This document shows positions 28,956 through 39,434 of a stretch of DNA of 64,000 nucleotides, piece after piece. The position numbers were made by a program, and so were the translations under genes. The notes under the pieces are model-generated. The model did no database searches, was not told where the DNA came from, and saw only the letters and a list, made by a program, of their open reading frames with translations. Each line of letters begins with the position of its first letter. Within the stretch, counting starts at the first letter, position 1. Location: contig JBFLZG010000008.1 of NCBI GenBank assembly GCA_040756235.1, positions 1 through 64,000 on the forward strand, in the 5' to 3' direction. This DNA is from a bacterium (lineage in GTDB: Bacteria; Desulfobacterota; DSWW01).

Positions 28956-31208
28956 TCAGGCCGCACGGCGCTCTGCACGGCCGCAGCCGCCTTCATGCAG
29001 GCGAATGATCGCGTTCACGTCCAGGATCAGGCCGACCCTCCCGTCCCCGAGGATGGACCCTCCCGCGACCCCCTCCGGCGGCGTCCAGCCGTTGCCGAGA
29101 TTCTTGATCACCACGTCCTGCATCTCGAACACCTCGTCGACCAGCAGACACCGGTCCACCCCGTCGCTCTCCACGACCACGACGAGGGCTTCCCACGGGT
29201 GGACACGATCCGGGTGGATCCTCAGGACGTCATGCAGACGGACGAGCGGCAGCAGGTCGCCGCGGATCCGGATCACCTCCCCGCGGCCCTCGACCGTGAA
29301 GCAGTCTTGCCGGGCGGGCCGGATGGCCTCCTTGATGTTCACCGTGGGCAGCACGTAGCGCTCGCACCCCACGCCCACGAGCATGCCGTCGATGATGGCC
29401 AGCGTGATGGGCAGTTTGATCAGGAAGGTGCAGCCCCGCCCCGGACGGGACTGGATCTCGACCTTGCCCTGGAGCGAATCGACGGCTCTCCTCACCACGT
29501 CCATCCCGACCCCCCGGCCCGAGATGTCGGTGACCGCCGCCGCCGTGGAGAAGCCGGAACGAAAGATGAGATGGTCGATCTGATGGTCGCTCGGCGCCTC
29601 GTCCGGCCCCACGAGCCCCCGCTCGCGCGCCTTTTCGAGGATCCGCTGACGATTCAGGCCGCGGCCGTCGTCCTCGATCTCGATCTGGACGTTGCCTCCC
29701 TTGTGCAAGGCCCGCAGCCGGATCCGGCCGGAGGCCGGCTTGCCGGCCCGGCGCCTTTCCTCGGGCGCTTCGATCCCATGGTCCACGGAGTTGCGGATCA
29801 TGTGCACGAGCGGCTCATAGATCGCGTCGACCATGTTCCGGTCGATCTCCGTGTCCTCGCCCGCGATCTCCAGCTCGATCGCCTTCGAGGACTTGCGCGC
29901 CAGATCCCGGACCACGCGAAACATCTTCTGAAACGTCTGCTGCAGAGGCACCATGCGCAACGACATGCTCACGTTCTGCAGCTCGGACGTGATCCGCGCC
30001 AGCTGGCCGAGATTCTTGGTGAGGGCGTGGTCCACGATCGACCGAACCCGCTCGCTCCGCTGCACGAGGGTCTGCGCGATCACCAGCTCGCCGACCATGT
30101 TGACGAGATTGTCGAGCTTGTACATGTCGACCTTGATCGTGGCCGAGCCGGTCCTCTTCTGCGCCGCGGATTCGTCTTCCCGCACCGCGGGCGCAGCCTT
30201 GGCCGCAGCCGCCGAGGCGTTCGCGGCGGCGGCTGCGGCAGCGGTCGGCGCGGCCGCCTCCGGCAGCGGCGCCGGGTCCTGCCCGCTGCGGCAGCCGGCA
30301 GCCACGCCCCGCAGCGCTTCTGGGGCCGCGGTCTCCTGCGCCGCGGCTGCGCCGCCGGTCTGCTTCAGCCCGGCGATCCGGGCCACGAAAGCGTCCACGG
30401 ACGCGGCCATGCACTCCGCCTGGCCGCCCGCGAGACGGACCTTCACGCACTCCAGGAGCCGGCGCAGAAGGTCCACGGCTTCCAGCACGAGGTCGATCTC
30501 CCGGTGGCCCATCAGGACCTCTCCCTGCCGGGCCTTGTCCAGGAGGTCCTCCACGGCATGGGTGAGCCGGTTGATGTCGTCCAGGTTCAGGAACCCGGAG
30601 ACGCCTTTGATCGTGTGGAAGGGGCGGAAGATCTCGTTGATCACCGACCGGTTCATCGGGTCCTGCTCCAGGCTCAGGATCTTCACTTCGATCGACTCCA
30701 GGCTCTCGGCGGCCTCGAGCAGGAAATCTTCATAGAGGTCCCGGTCCGATTCGATGGCGAGGAGGGGCGCTTCCCCCGCCTGCGCGTCGTGCACCGCCGC
30801 GGCGGGCGGACGTTGCGCCCGGGGGTTCCCTGTCTCAGCCGCATCTCCGGATTCGGCTTGCGGCTGCGCGCACGGGTCGTGCTCGCCTTCGCAGGCCCGA
30901 TGGATGTTCCTCAGGTCCTCCTCGATGGCGCCCAGCTTCTGCGGAGACTCCATGCCTCCGAGGACCAGCTCCTCGACCTTCTCCCGCAGGCCGCCCAGCA
31001 GAGAAGCGACTGCAGCGCTCGCGGCGGGAAGGGGATGATCGGCCAGCTTGTCGAGCAGGATCACGGTTTCCTGGAAGCTCGCCGGATCGGTGGCGTCGGC
31101 AAGGGCGAGCGCGGTGGAGAACCCCTGCAGCAGATCCTGAAACTCCTCGACCTCGGCCCGCTCGATCGTGCGCGCCATCGGCGTCTTGCCTGATCCTGAT
31201 CCGGACAT
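28956..31208 (-). CDS. cheA: Chemotaxis histidine kinase CheA (operon 1)
   Basis: Hpt [51 protein letters not shown]-terminal CheW domain. No evident P2 domain. Start uncertain. Confidence 0.96.
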   Translation of the reverse strand: MSGSGSGKTPMARTIERAEVEEFQDLLQGFSTALALADATDPASFQETVILLDKLADHPLPAASAAVASLLGGLREKVEELVLGGMESPQKLGAIEEDLRNIHRACEGEHDPCAQPQAESGDAAETGNPRAQRPPAAAVHDAQAGEAPLLAIESDRDLYEDFLLEAAESLESIEVKILSLEQDPMNRSVINEIFRPFHTIKGVSGFLNLDDINRLTHAVEDLLDKARQGEVLMGHREIDLVLEAVDLLRRLLECVKVRLAGGQAECMAASVDAFVARIAGLKQTGGAAAAQETAAPEALRGVAAGCRSGQDPAPLPEAAAPTAAAAAAANASAAAAKAAPAVREDESAAQKRTGSATIKVDMYKLDNLVNMVGELVIAQTLVQRSERVRSIVDHALTKNLGQLARITSELQNVSMSLRMVPLQQTFQKMFRVVRDLARKSSKAIELEIAGEDTEIDRNMVDAIYEPLVHMIRNSVDHGIEAPEERRRAGKPASGRIRLRALHKGGNVQIEIEDDGRGLNRQRILEKARERGLVGPDEAPSDHQIDHLIFRSGFSTAAAVTDISGRGVGMDVVRRAVDSLQGKVEIQSRPGRGCTFLIKLPITLAIIDGMLVGVGCERYVLPTVNIKEAIRPARQDCFTVEGRGEVIRIRGDLLPLVRLHDVLRIHPDRVHPWEALVVVVESDGVDRCLLVDEVFEMQDVVIKNLGNGWTPPEGVAGGSILGDGRVGLILDVNAIIRLHEGGCGRAERRAA

Positions 31209-31241
31209 GCCTTGTTCCGACACGTGCGCCCCCGCTCTTTC

Positions 31242-31347
31242 TGTCATTCCGGCGAAGGCCGGAATCCAGTCCCGGATCGTCGTATTCTTCTTGGACAGCC
31301 TCCTGGATCCCGGCTCACACGCGCTCCGCAACTGGGCCGGGATGACG
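31242..31347. repeat. CGTC-type palindromic repeat pair
   Basis: tgtcattccggcgaaggccggaatccag ... ctggatcccggctcacacgcgctccgcaactgggccgggatgacg (reverse complement of the 23925 unit). Confidence 0.85.
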
Positions 31348-31372
31348 CAACAGGACACAGCCTTGCTTCAGG

Positions 31373-32227
31373 TCAGTCGCTGCCGTAGGCAAACGTATTC
31401 CGCACCTCGCCCAGATCGGCCAGGAGGTGGGAGGTGACCTCCTCCAACAGGCGGTTCTTCAGGGAGAGCCTGGCCGCCGCCTGCGGACAGGGCCGATATT
31501 GCAGCCCTTCCACCCCGGTGGCGATGCCGCTCAGGATGCAGACCGCGTCGGCCACGTGCACGACGTCGAGGTGGGTCGAGCCGCTGCGCGAGCCGGCCGG
31601 CTGGTGGTGCCAGCGCACCACCTCCACGATCTCCGCCGGCAGGTTCCAGCTTTGGAGCAGCACGGACCCCACCTCCGCGTGGTCGATCCCCAGCACCCGC
31701 TGCTCGGCCACCTCGAAGGAAACGCGCTCCCGGCCGGCCGCCTCCAGGATCTCCACTCCGTCCACCTCCACCGTGGTCCCGAGCACGATCTTGCCGACGT
31801 CGTGCAGGATGGCCGCCGTGAACAGCTCGTCCCGGGGGAGGATGCCCAATCCCGAGGCCAGCCGCCCCGCCGCCAGCGCGACCGCCATCGAGTGTTCCCA
31901 CAACTGGCCGGGCCCGAGGTCATACCCCCGGACCGCGCCCTTGGCCGCCAGCGAAAAGGCCGCCGCGACCACCGCCCGAAAGACGCTCTTGGTGCCGAGC
32001 CTCAGGATGGCATCCCGCACCGAGCCCACTTCATAAGAGCACCCGAAGTAAGCCGAATTGGCCAGCCGCAGCACGTCCGATGTCAGCCCCGGATCGAACT
32101 CGATCGCCCGCGTCAGCTCGCGGATGCTCACGTCCGAATCCCGGAACAGACGTACCACCTGCAGCGCGGCCGGCGGCAAGAACTGGACCGAGCGAGCCTT
32201 GGCCAAAATCTCTTCCCGGCGATTCAT
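31373..32227 (-). CDS. HDOD domain signalling protein
   Basis: DPGLTSDVLRLANSAYFG, AILRLG, LWEHS, AILHDVGK, DHAEVG, WNLP, WHHQP. Confidence 0.93.
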   Translation of the reverse strand: MNRREEILAKARSVQFLPPAALQVVRLFRDSDVSIRELTRAIEFDPGLTSDVLRLANSAYFGCSYEVGSVRDAILRLGTKSVFRAVVAAAFSLAAKGAVRGYDLGPGQLWEHSMAVALAAGRLASGLGILPRDELFTAAILHDVGKIVLGTTVEVDGVEILEAAGRERVSFEVAEQRVLGIDHAEVGSVLLQSWNLPAEIVEVVRWHHQPAGSRSGSTHLDVVHVADAVCILSGIATGVEGLQYRPCPQAAARLSLKNRLLEEVTSHLLADLGEVRNTFAYGSD

Positions 32228-32246
32228 AGCCACCCTCCCGGCCCGG

Positions 32247-33050
32247 TCAGGCTCTCCTGTAGACGGAGGGCATGACGATCCGAAAAGGCCCTCCCATCGC
32301 GGCCAGGCTCTCCGCGTGCCCCACCATGAGATAGCCCCCCGGCTTGAGCAGGCGTTCGATCTCTGCCAGGAGCTGCCTGCGCACTCTCTTGTCGAAGTAG
32401 ATCATCACGTTGCGGCAGAAGATCGCGTCGAACGGTCCCCGCATCGGAAAGGGCGTCTTGGACAGGTTCAGCCATCTGAAGACCACGCGGCGTTTGAGCT
32501 CCTCCCGGACCGCGCAGGGCGTCTCCGGGGCCGCTGCCCGGCTCTCGAAGTAGCGCTCCCGCAACGGCACCGGCACCGCCGCCAGCTTGGCCTTCTCGTA
32601 CACCCCGCGACTGCAGTGCTCCAGCACCCGAGTGGAGATGTCCGTGGCCAGGATCTTCAGATCCCCTGCCCGGCCCCCGAGCGCCTCCAGGACCGCCATC
32701 GCCATGGACAGCGGCTCCTCTCCGGTCGAGCAGGCTGCGGACCAGAACCGGAAGCGCCGTTGTCCGCCGGCCGCCCATTTGGAGACCGCCTGCTGCAGAA
32801 AGGAGAAATGCTCTTCCTCCCGAAAAAAGCTCGTGACGTTGGTCGAGACCACGTCGACCAGCGCCACCAGCTCCGCGCCCGCCCCGTCTCCCGCCAGCCG
32901 ACGCAGATACGCCTTCGGGTCCTGAATGCCCAGCGCGCGCATCCGCTTCGCCAGCCGCGCGCGGATCAGAGCTTCCTTGCTTGCGCCCAGCACGATGCCG
33001 CTGCGGTCGTACACGATGCGCCGAAACCGGTCGAGCGCCGCCTGATTCAT
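32247..33050 (-). CDS. cheR: Chemotaxis methyltransferase CheR (operon 1)
   Basis: TNVTSFFRE, WSAACSTGEEP, ATDIS, IFCRNVMIYF, GHAES. Confidence 0.96.
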   Translation of the reverse strand: MNQAALDRFRRIVYDRSGIVLGASKEALIRARLAKRMRALGIQDPKAYLRRLAGDGAGAELVALVDVVSTNVTSFFREEEHFSFLQQAVSKWAAGGQRRFRFWSAACSTGEEPLSMAMAVLEALGGRAGDLKILATDISTRVLEHCSRGVYEKAKLAAVPVPLRERYFESRAAAPETPCAVREELKRRVVFRWLNLSKTPFPMRGPFDAIFCRNVMIYFDKRVRRQLLAEIERLLKPGGYLMVGHAESLAAMGGPFRIVMPSVYRRA

Positions 33051-33130
33051 CTGAGGATTCCTGGCCGGGGAGGGAAGACCCCGCTACGCTGCGCTGCTGT
33101 TCGGCATCTGTCATCTGCTGCAGGAGGCGG

Positions 33131-35302
33131 TCAGAAATCCTGCAGGTCTTCGTCATGAAACGGTATCACCTCTTCGGGTTGCGCGGCTCCGGGCACCCTG
33201 CGCGCAAACGGCTTCTGCCCGTCCTCCTCTCCCGGCGCGCGCCGGCCCCGCGGCCGCCGTTCCTCCGGCAAGCGCGCAGCGGCCCTGACGGACCGCGCCG
33301 CGGCGCTTGCACCGGCCTCTCCCTGATTCCACCCCTCGACCCTTCTCACGTCCATGTCCGCTCGGTCACGGTCGCTCCCCCCGATGATGGACAGCAGCAC
33401 GCCGACCATCTCCCTCAGCTCCTTGGCCTGGGAGGAAAGCTCGCTGCTGGCCGAGGCGGACTCCTCGGCGTTGGCTGCGTTCGACTGCGTGATCTTGTCC
33501 ATTTCGGACACGGCCTTGCTTTGCTGCCCGATGCCGTGCGCCTGCTCTTCACAAGCAGCGGAGACTTCGCCGATCAGCTGTGAGACCTTTCCCACGCCGC
33601 CCGCGATCTCGCTGAGCACGTTCTCCACCTCGCCGGAAACCTTTACCCCGTGCTCGGCGTTCTTCAGCGCCTCTTCGATCAGCACGGCCGTGTTCTTCGC
33701 CGCTTCCGCGGAGCGCTGCGCCAGGTTGCGCACCTCCTCGGCCACGACCGCGAAGCCCTTTCCCGCCTCTCCGGCGCGCGCGGCTTCCACCGCCGCATTC
33801 AGCGCCAGCAGATTCGTCTGAAACGCGATCTCGTCGATCGTCTTGATGATCTTGGCGGTCTGGTCCGCGGAGGCCTTGATCTTGCCGATGGCCTCGGACA
33901 TGCGCGCCACCGAGCTCCGCCCCTTCTCGGCGCCTTCCTGAACGCTCTTGACCATCTTGTTGGACTGGCCGGCGTTGTCCGCGTTCTGGCGCGTCATGGC
34001 CGCCATCTCTTGCAGCGAAGAAGAGACCTCCTCCAGGCTCGCCGCCTGCTCGCTCGCCCCCTGGGCCATCTGCTCGCTCGACTGCGCGACCTGGCCGGAC
34101 GCTCCCGCCACTTCCTGCGCCGCTCGCTCCATCCCGTGGATGACCTTGTCGATCGGCTTGACGACGCTGCGCGAGAAGAACCACAAGAGAACGAGCGCCA
34201 GCCCCGAAACCCCGAGGCCCATGCCGATCTGCCATGCCGCTGCGCGGCTGGCTCGCTTCCCGAGCTCCTCGGACTGCGCCATGGCGGCGGCGAGGAACGC
34301 TCCCTGCGGGACCCGGATGACCACGGCCCACTTCGTCTGGGTCCTGCCCACCTCGATCGGGACCATCACTTCGGCCTCATTGCCGACGAGCTCGATCCGG
34401 GCCACGCCTTCGCGGATTCGACCCACCGCCTCGCGCGCCCTGCCGGGCATCCACTGCTCGAGGCTCTTGCCGACCAGAGCCGGCTGGCCGCTGACTGCGG
34501 CCAGGATGCCGTTCTGGCTGGTGATGGCCATGGTGCCGGCGCCCTCGTAGAACTTCCGGTTCGCCTGCTCGGCGAGGCGCTGCACGAAGTCCAGGCGCAC
34601 GTCGATGCCGGTGATTCCGTAAAATTTGTCCTCCGCCACGACCGGAACGACCAGAGAGGTGATCCAGACGATCGTGCCCTGGATGGGGTACGGGTAAGGA
34701 TCGATGATCGCCTCCCGCTTGCTCTCCTTCGGCAGCAGGTAGTACTCCCCTTTGCGGACCCCGTTCTCGAAGCGCTCCGTGCTCTCGTAATCCTGCAGCG
34801 GCTCGAGGCTGATGGAACCATCCGCCCCGCGGCTCAGATAGGGAATGAAACGGCCGGTGGCGTCGTGGCCCGGTGAGTTGGCGTACACGTCCTCCAGGTT
34901 GTCGAAGGCATTCAGCTCCCAGCAGGTGTAGGCCCCCGTGAACGCCTCGTTCTTGGCGACGACGCTGTGCAGCAGGTCCTGCACCGTCTCCCGAGTCGCC
35001 TGCATGTTCAACTTGCTGTCCTTGATGCCGGAGAGCAGATCGGCCAGGGTCCTGGCGACGTCGAGCCCCACCTCCAGCTCTGCTTTGATCTCGAGGGCCA
35101 GCGCGCTGGCCTTCTCCTCCAGCTCCCGGTTGGCTGCCTCCGTGGCGGACCGGCTCGACGTCTCGACCACGTACTGCCGGGTCCGCTCCATGGTCACGAC
35201 CGCGTACCCGCCCACGAGCGCCACGGCCACGAGCATGCACAGGCCGAACAGGATCACCAGCTTCCACTGGAGCGATTTGAATCGCGAGAACCAGCCTGTC
35301 AT
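33131..35302 (-). CDS. Methyl-accepting chemotaxis protein with periplasmic dCache-type sensor
   Basis: Two TM segments flanking a Cache-like domain (GRFIPY, IIDPYPY, GITGID). Hairpin [37 protein letters not shown]. Ends DEDLQDF. Confidence 0.96.
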   Translation of the reverse strand: MTGWFSRFKSLQWKLVILFGLCMLVAVALVGGYAVVTMERTRQYVVETSSRSATEAANRELEEKASALALEIKAELEVGLDVARTLADLLSGIKDSKLNMQATRETVQDLLHSVVAKNEAFTGAYTCWELNAFDNLEDVYANSPGHDATGRFIPYLSRGADGSISLEPLQDYESTERFENGVRKGEYYLLPKESKREAIIDPYPYPIQGTIVWITSLVVPVVAEDKFYGITGIDVRLDFVQRLAEQANRKFYEGAGTMAITSQNGILAAVSGQPALVGKSLEQWMPGRAREAVGRIREGVARIELVGNEAEVMVPIEVGRTQTKWAVVIRVPQGAFLAAAMAQSEELGKRASRAAAWQIGMGLGVSGLALVLLWFFSRSVVKPIDKVIHGMERAAQEVAGASGQVAQSSEQMAQGASEQAASLEEVSSSLQEMAAMTRQNADNAGQSNKMVKSVQEGAEKGRSSVARMSEAIGKIKASADQTAKIIKTIDEIAFQTNLLALNAAVEAARAGEAGKGFAVVAEEVRNLAQRSAEAAKNTAVLIEEALKNAEHGVKVSGEVENVLSEIAGGVGKVSQLIGEVSAACEEQAHGIGQQSKAVSEMDKITQSNAANAEESASASSELSSQAKELREMVGVLLSIIGGSDRDRADMDVRRVEGWNQGEAGASAAARSVRAAARLPEERRPRGRRAPGEEDGQKPFARRVPGAAQPEEVIPFHDEDLQDF

Positions 35303-35314
35303 GGTCCGATCTCC

Positions 35315-36313
35315 TTACGGTGCCGACCCTTGCAGAACTTCCACGAGCACTTCGTTGCGGAACAGATCCTTGGTGGTGAAATCCTTCTGCAGAAGCTGGT
35401 TCGCCTTCAGGAACCCCCGGATATCGTCCAGGAAGAGCTGCAGCCCGCCGCCGTCCTGATTGCGCGCCAGCTGCGTCCGGGCGTCGTGGATCCGCACCGC
35501 CCCCAGCATGCCCTTGAGATCCTGCTCGGAAAAGGGCGTGGTCGCCTCGAGCACCTTGGTGTTCAGGATCTGCATGTACTCTTTCCAGTTGGCGGGATCG
35601 TGGCACCACTTGACCGCTTCGACCCAGCCTTTGAAGTAGCGGGTGAGGTCCTCCCGGGGGATGTCTTTCAGCACGTCCTGGAGCACCATCATCCCCTCCG
35701 GGATGACGCCTTCATAGTCGGCGCTCGTTGCCGCCACCACCCCGTTGCCTTCCTTTTCCGCGCGCAGGGCGTCCGGATCGTAGCTGACGATCAGGTTGAA
35801 GCGCCCCTCGATGAAGTTCTTGGCCAGGGGAGCGGTCTCCATCTCGACCACTTTGAGGTCTGCAAGGGACAGGCCGTGCTGCTTGAGGTAGCTGTTCAGG
35901 AAGTAGGTGACCGCCGCCTGGTTCAGATAGACCCCTGCGGGCTTTCCCTTGAGCGCGGCCGGCTCGACCCCCTTGCGGAGAATGACCTTGTCGCCGCCGT
36001 GGGACCAGTCGCTTTCCGCGATGATCACCACCGGAAGCCCACGCTGGTAGAGGCTCACGGCCGTTCCCATCATGTCGAAGTCGATGTCGATCCTCTTCTG
36101 CTCGAACGCGGTGTGGGCCGCCTGCACGCTCGGGAAGTTGAAGACCTTCACGTCCAAACCCTGGCTCTTCCAGAAGCCTTTGGCCTCCGCCACGTGGGCG
36201 GGAGCGAATCCCACCCAGGGCACGGTCCCCACCTTGTACTGCCGCGCCTGCGCCGCCGCACACAGGCCGAAGAAAAACACCGAAGCCAAGGCCCACGCCC
36301 ATGCTCGCCTCAT
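35315..36313 (-). CDS. Periplasmic solute-binding protein, NitT/TauT (SsuA/NMT1-like) family
   Basis: Signal peptide, PWVGFAPAHVAEAKGFW, DWSHGGD, LKGK, VSYDP. AAGGAGG RBS. Confidence 0.88.
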   Translation of the reverse strand: MRRAWAWALASVFFFGLCAAAQARQYKVGTVPWVGFAPAHVAEAKGFWKSQGLDVKVFNFPSVQAAHTAFEQKRIDIDFDMMGTAVSLYQRGLPVVIIAESDWSHGGDKVILRKGVEPAALKGKPAGVYLNQAAVTYFLNSYLKQHGLSLADLKVVEMETAPLAKNFIEGRFNLIVSYDPDALRAEKEGNGVVAATSADYEGVIPEGMMVLQDVLKDIPREDLTRYFKGWVEAVKWCHDPANWKEYMQILNTKVLEATTPFSEQDLKGMLGAVRIHDARTQLARNQDGGGLQLFLDDIRGFLKANQLLQKDFTTKDLFRNEVLVEVLQGSAP

Positions 36314-36377
36314 GACAGCCTCCTTTTGTTGCAGAAATCCTTCTACCGCCCCGACCTTGGAACCGACTCGCTTCCGA

Positions 36378-36923
36378 TCAGCCGCCGAGCGCGCCCGTTG
36401 CGACCTCCGTTCGCGCAAGCGCGAGCGCCGACATCGCTTCCGCAGTCTCCTGCTGGGTCAGGACCTGCTCGAGGTTCAGCAGGATCTTCACCGAACCCTT
36501 CGCCTTGGCCAGGCCCAGAATGAAATCCGTATCGATTCCCTCCCCGAAGGAAGGCGTCTGCTGGATCTCGGTCTGGCCGATGTCCAGGACCTCGCTCACC
36601 GTATCCACCAGGACCCCCATTTCCGCCGCCTCGCCCTGGGCGGCCACCTCCACGACGATGATGCACGTCTGCTCCGTGTCCTCGACCTCCTCCATCCGGA
36701 ACCGCCTGCGCAGGTCGATCACGGGTATGACCTTGCCGCGCAGATTGATCACCCCCCGGATGTAGTGCGGCGTGCGCGGCACGGGAGTGACGTTCATCAG
36801 CCCGATGATCTCCCGCACCTTCAGGATTTCCAGACCGTACTCCTCGGCGCCGAGCCGAAAGGTCAGGTACTTGCCCGCCAGACCCGCGCCCGCCCGATTT
36901 CTCTTCTCTGCTTCCCGCTCCAT
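36378..36923 (-). CDS. cheW: Chemotaxis adaptor CheW (operon 1)
   Basis: KYLTFRLGAEEYG, VREII, GVINLRGKVIPVIDL, VDTVSEV. Confidence 0.96.
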   Translation of the reverse strand: MEREAEKRNRAGAGLAGKYLTFRLGAEEYGLEILKVREIIGLMNVTPVPRTPHYIRGVINLRGKVIPVIDLRRRFRMEEVEDTEQTCIIVVEVAAQGEAAEMGVLVDTVSEVLDIGQTEIQQTPSFGEGIDTDFILGLAKAKGSVKILLNLEQVLTQQETAEAMSALALARTEVATGALGG

Positions 36924-36992
36924 CGCCCGCCTCCCTCGACCCTCGATGGATTGCCTGAGCCCGCTTTCCGGTGTAAGAACCAACATTTTGTG

Positions 36993-37019
36993 TTATCGGT
37001 GAGTCGCCCGATAAGTTTA
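36993..37019 (-). promoter_or_regulatory. Sigma28-type promoter for che operon 1
   Basis: Minus strand TAAA-N15-ACCGATAA. Overlaps the inverted repeat TTATCGG-N8-CCGATAA. Confidence 0.85.
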
Positions 37020-37115
37020 ACCGACGGCCGGCGCGTCGGCCGCGCGCTCGCCCCTGAAGGCCGGGTGAACGGTCAGAAGGCGGCGCGGCCAGGGGAAACG
37101 GAAGTTGCCCTGTGC

Positions 37116-37745
37116 TCAACTCTCACCTTTCTCCCCTCCGCCGCAGACGCACCGGGACAGGCGCTCACGGTACTCGCCGGCCTGGTTGAAGAGCTCTTCG
37201 TTGGAGCTCTCCAGGGTCTGGATGCACATGGAAAGCTCGTGGTTGGTGGACTCGAGCTCGCGGATGAACTGCTCGGTCTGCTCGATGTTGCGGATGAGCA
37301 CGCCGGCATCACTGTCCGATGCCGCCTTCTCCCCCAGAAGCCTGACGACCTGCTCCCGCAGCTCTCCGTTGAGCTCCTGCACCTGGCCGAGCTGGCCCGA
37401 CAGCTTGCGAATGGTCTCGTGGGTCTTGTCGTTCCCGACCTCGGCCTGCGGTTCGCCCAGCACGATCGTCTCGCTCTCCGGTTGCGGCGCCGCATCCGCA
37501 ATCGTGTCCGGCGGCGGGCTCGCCGTCTGCGGTGTCTGCGGCTGGAGCGCGGCGGAGCCGATGACCTGCCACATCTCGAACCGCATCTCGTGCAGCTTCT
37601 TGAGAACCTCCTCATGGCCGTCCTGGTGCGGGCAGCGCCGGTCCGCAGCGAGTCTGCGGCCGTGCAGGATGCTGACGGCGAGCAGGCCTGCAAGGGCGAG
37701 GATCGCTTCGATCATGAGCAGGAAATAGAGAGGATCAAGCTGCAT
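37116..37745 (-). CDS. Hypothetical membrane-anchored coiled-coil protein
   Basis: N-terminal TM (LYFLLMIEAILALAGLLAVSIL), Pro/Gln linker, heptad-rich C-terminal half. Overlaps the VWA gene stop. Confidence 0.7.
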   Translation of the reverse strand: MQLDPLYFLLMIEAILALAGLLAVSILHGRRLAADRRCPHQDGHEEVLKKLHEMRFEMWQVIGSAALQPQTPQTASPPPDTIADAAPQPESETIVLGEPQAEVGNDKTHETIRKLSGQLGQVQELNGELREQVVRLLGEKAASDSDAGVLIRNIEQTEQFIRELESTNHELSMCIQTLESSNEELFNQAGEYRERLSRCVCGGGEKGES

Positions 37746-39405
37746 CGTACCTCCTGCGCCGCGCCATCCTTCTCAGGACGGCTTCCACGCCGACACAGCC
37801 GGCCGCCAGGGCCGCGTTCACACCGGCGAACCTGAAGAGCACCCGGGGCCAGTCGATTGCGGCCTGCCCGCCGGGGTCCCCCTCGGCATCCGCACCGGCC
37901 TCCGCAAGGGAATTCGGACCGGCATTCGCCAACGCATTCGGATCGGCGTTCGCGACGGCATTTCTGTCCGTCCCGACGGCCGCCACGGCTCGACCGGGAG
38001 CCGCCCCGGTCCTCCGCTCCGGCCCACGGCCCTTAGGGCCGGCCGCGTCTTCCAGTCGTCCGGGCGGCAGGGCCTCGTCGCGCGCGTGCAGGCGCAACTG
38101 TTTCTGGCGCTCGAACGTCAAGCCGCGCGCCCTCACGCGCACTTCGTAAGCGCCCGGCAGGTCCGCCCGGAGGAGGGCGGTGAAGACCCCGTCCGCGGGC
38201 CGGGCGTCTCCGCCGTCCCCGTCGTCGCGCAGGACCAGAGGGCCGGTGACCCCGGGAGGCGACTCCAGCTCGGCGCACACCCGCAGGTCGCCGGGAGCCA
38301 CCGGGACCTTCTGGCTCTGGTCACCGCCCTGCTGCATCCAGGCCTCGATCCGGATCTCCTCTCCCAAGAACAAGGTGGAGCTCGGCGCCGCAAGCATCAG
38401 TTTCAGGTCCGTGAGCAGGAACGCCCGGCTGTCCGGTTCGACGCCGTGTCGGATGCGCCAGGTCCCGACCATGGGCTGGGCTGCGGTGACCGTTTCGAAC
38501 GCCCTGGAGGCACGCCAGCTCAGGTCCCCGGAGTGCCTCTTGAAGGTGTGGACTCTCTTGTCGGGCGAGACCAGCACGACTGCGGTCTCCGCATTCCTCT
38601 TGGAGAGGACCACGCGCAGCTCTCTGGCGGACAGGTCGACGAAGAAGCCGTCTTCCCGGATGGGAATGGAATCGGGCGCCGCGAGCTGCTCGAACAGCTT
38701 GGTGAACGCCGCGCACTGCTCCGGGTCGCCCTGGACGAAAAAGGAACGCCCGCCGGTGCGGAGCGAGAGCTCGCTCAGGATCGCCGCGTCCGGGGAGCCC
38801 GCGTGGCCGACCGTGCAGATTCGGATCTGACCGCCCTCGAGGCCGGCAACGATCTCCTCGAGGCTCCGGTCCACGGCGATCCGCTCGCGTTCCGGCCCCT
38901 CCGCCGCTTCCTCTTTCCCGTTGCTGAGCAGCAGCACGGCCTTGCCCCGCGCCGTGGAACCTTGCAGCAGCTCTCCCGCCAGCCGGAGCACGGGGCCGAG
39001 CTCGCTGGTCCCTGCGCTCGAGCCCGCCGCATCCAGCGCCCGCAGAAGAGGAGTGCGATCCCCGGCCGGCTCTTCGAGCGGATGCAGGACCTCGACCGCC
39101 GTGTCGTAGGCGACGAGCGCCAGGCGGTCTCCCGGCCGGAGAAGAGAAACGAACAGCCTGGCCCCCTCGAGCCGCGAGCCGTGCGGGTCGGTCTGCTCCA
39201 TGCCCGAGGAGCGGTCGATGCACAGGACCACGTCCAGCCCCGACGTCTCGGCCGGAGAGGAGCGCGCGGAGACAGCCGTAAGGAGGACGAGCAGCACCGA
39301 GGCCGCACCCCGGAGGGGGACTCTCCGGGCGGGTGGTCTGTGCGGCACTCGTTCGATGCTCGCGCGATCCGGCCCTGCTGCGGCCCTGCCATGCGCGTGC
39401 GGCAT
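37735..39405 (-). CDS. Exported VWA-domain protein with TIGR03503-like region and C-terminal membrane anchor
   Basis: Signal segment, DVVLCIDRSSGMEQTDP (VWA), IPIREDGFFVD...VVLVSPD...PMVGTW, LRDDGDGGDARPADGVFT, C-terminal TM plus RRMARRRR. Start fits the upstream sigma28 site. Confidence 0.8.
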   Translation of the reverse strand: MPHAHGRAAAGPDRASIERVPHRPPARRVPLRGAASVLLVLLTAVSARSSPAETSGLDVVLCIDRSSGMEQTDPHGSRLEGARLFVSLLRPGDRLALVAYDTAVEVLHPLEEPAGDRTPLLRALDAAGSSAGTSELGPVLRLAGELLQGSTARGKAVLLLSNGKEEAAEGPERERIAVDRSLEEIVAGLEGGQIRICTVGHAGSPDAAILSELSLRTGGRSFFVQGDPEQCAAFTKLFEQLAAPDSIPIREDGFFVDLSARELRVVLSKRNAETAVVLVSPDKRVHTFKRHSGDLSWRASRAFETVTAAQPMVGTWRIRHGVEPDSRAFLLTDLKLMLAAPSSTLFLGEEIRIEAWMQQGGDQSQKVPVAPGDLRVCAELESPPGVTGPLVLRDDGDGGDARPADGVFTALLRADLPGAYEVRVRARGLTFERQKQLRLHARDEALPPGRLEDAAGPKGRGPERRTGAAPGRAVAAVGTDRNAVANADPNALANAGPNSLAEAGADAEGDPGGQAAIDWPRVLFRFAGVNAALAAGCVGVEAVLRRMARRRRYDAA

Positions 39406-39434
39406 GCTCCGCCCTCTCTTCTCTGTCACAGCAG

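Noticed and set aside
31209..31358. N-terminal extension of CheA1 (VIPAQ...WIPAFAGMT)
   Set aside because: It is a translation of the CGTC repeat pair, not likely protein.
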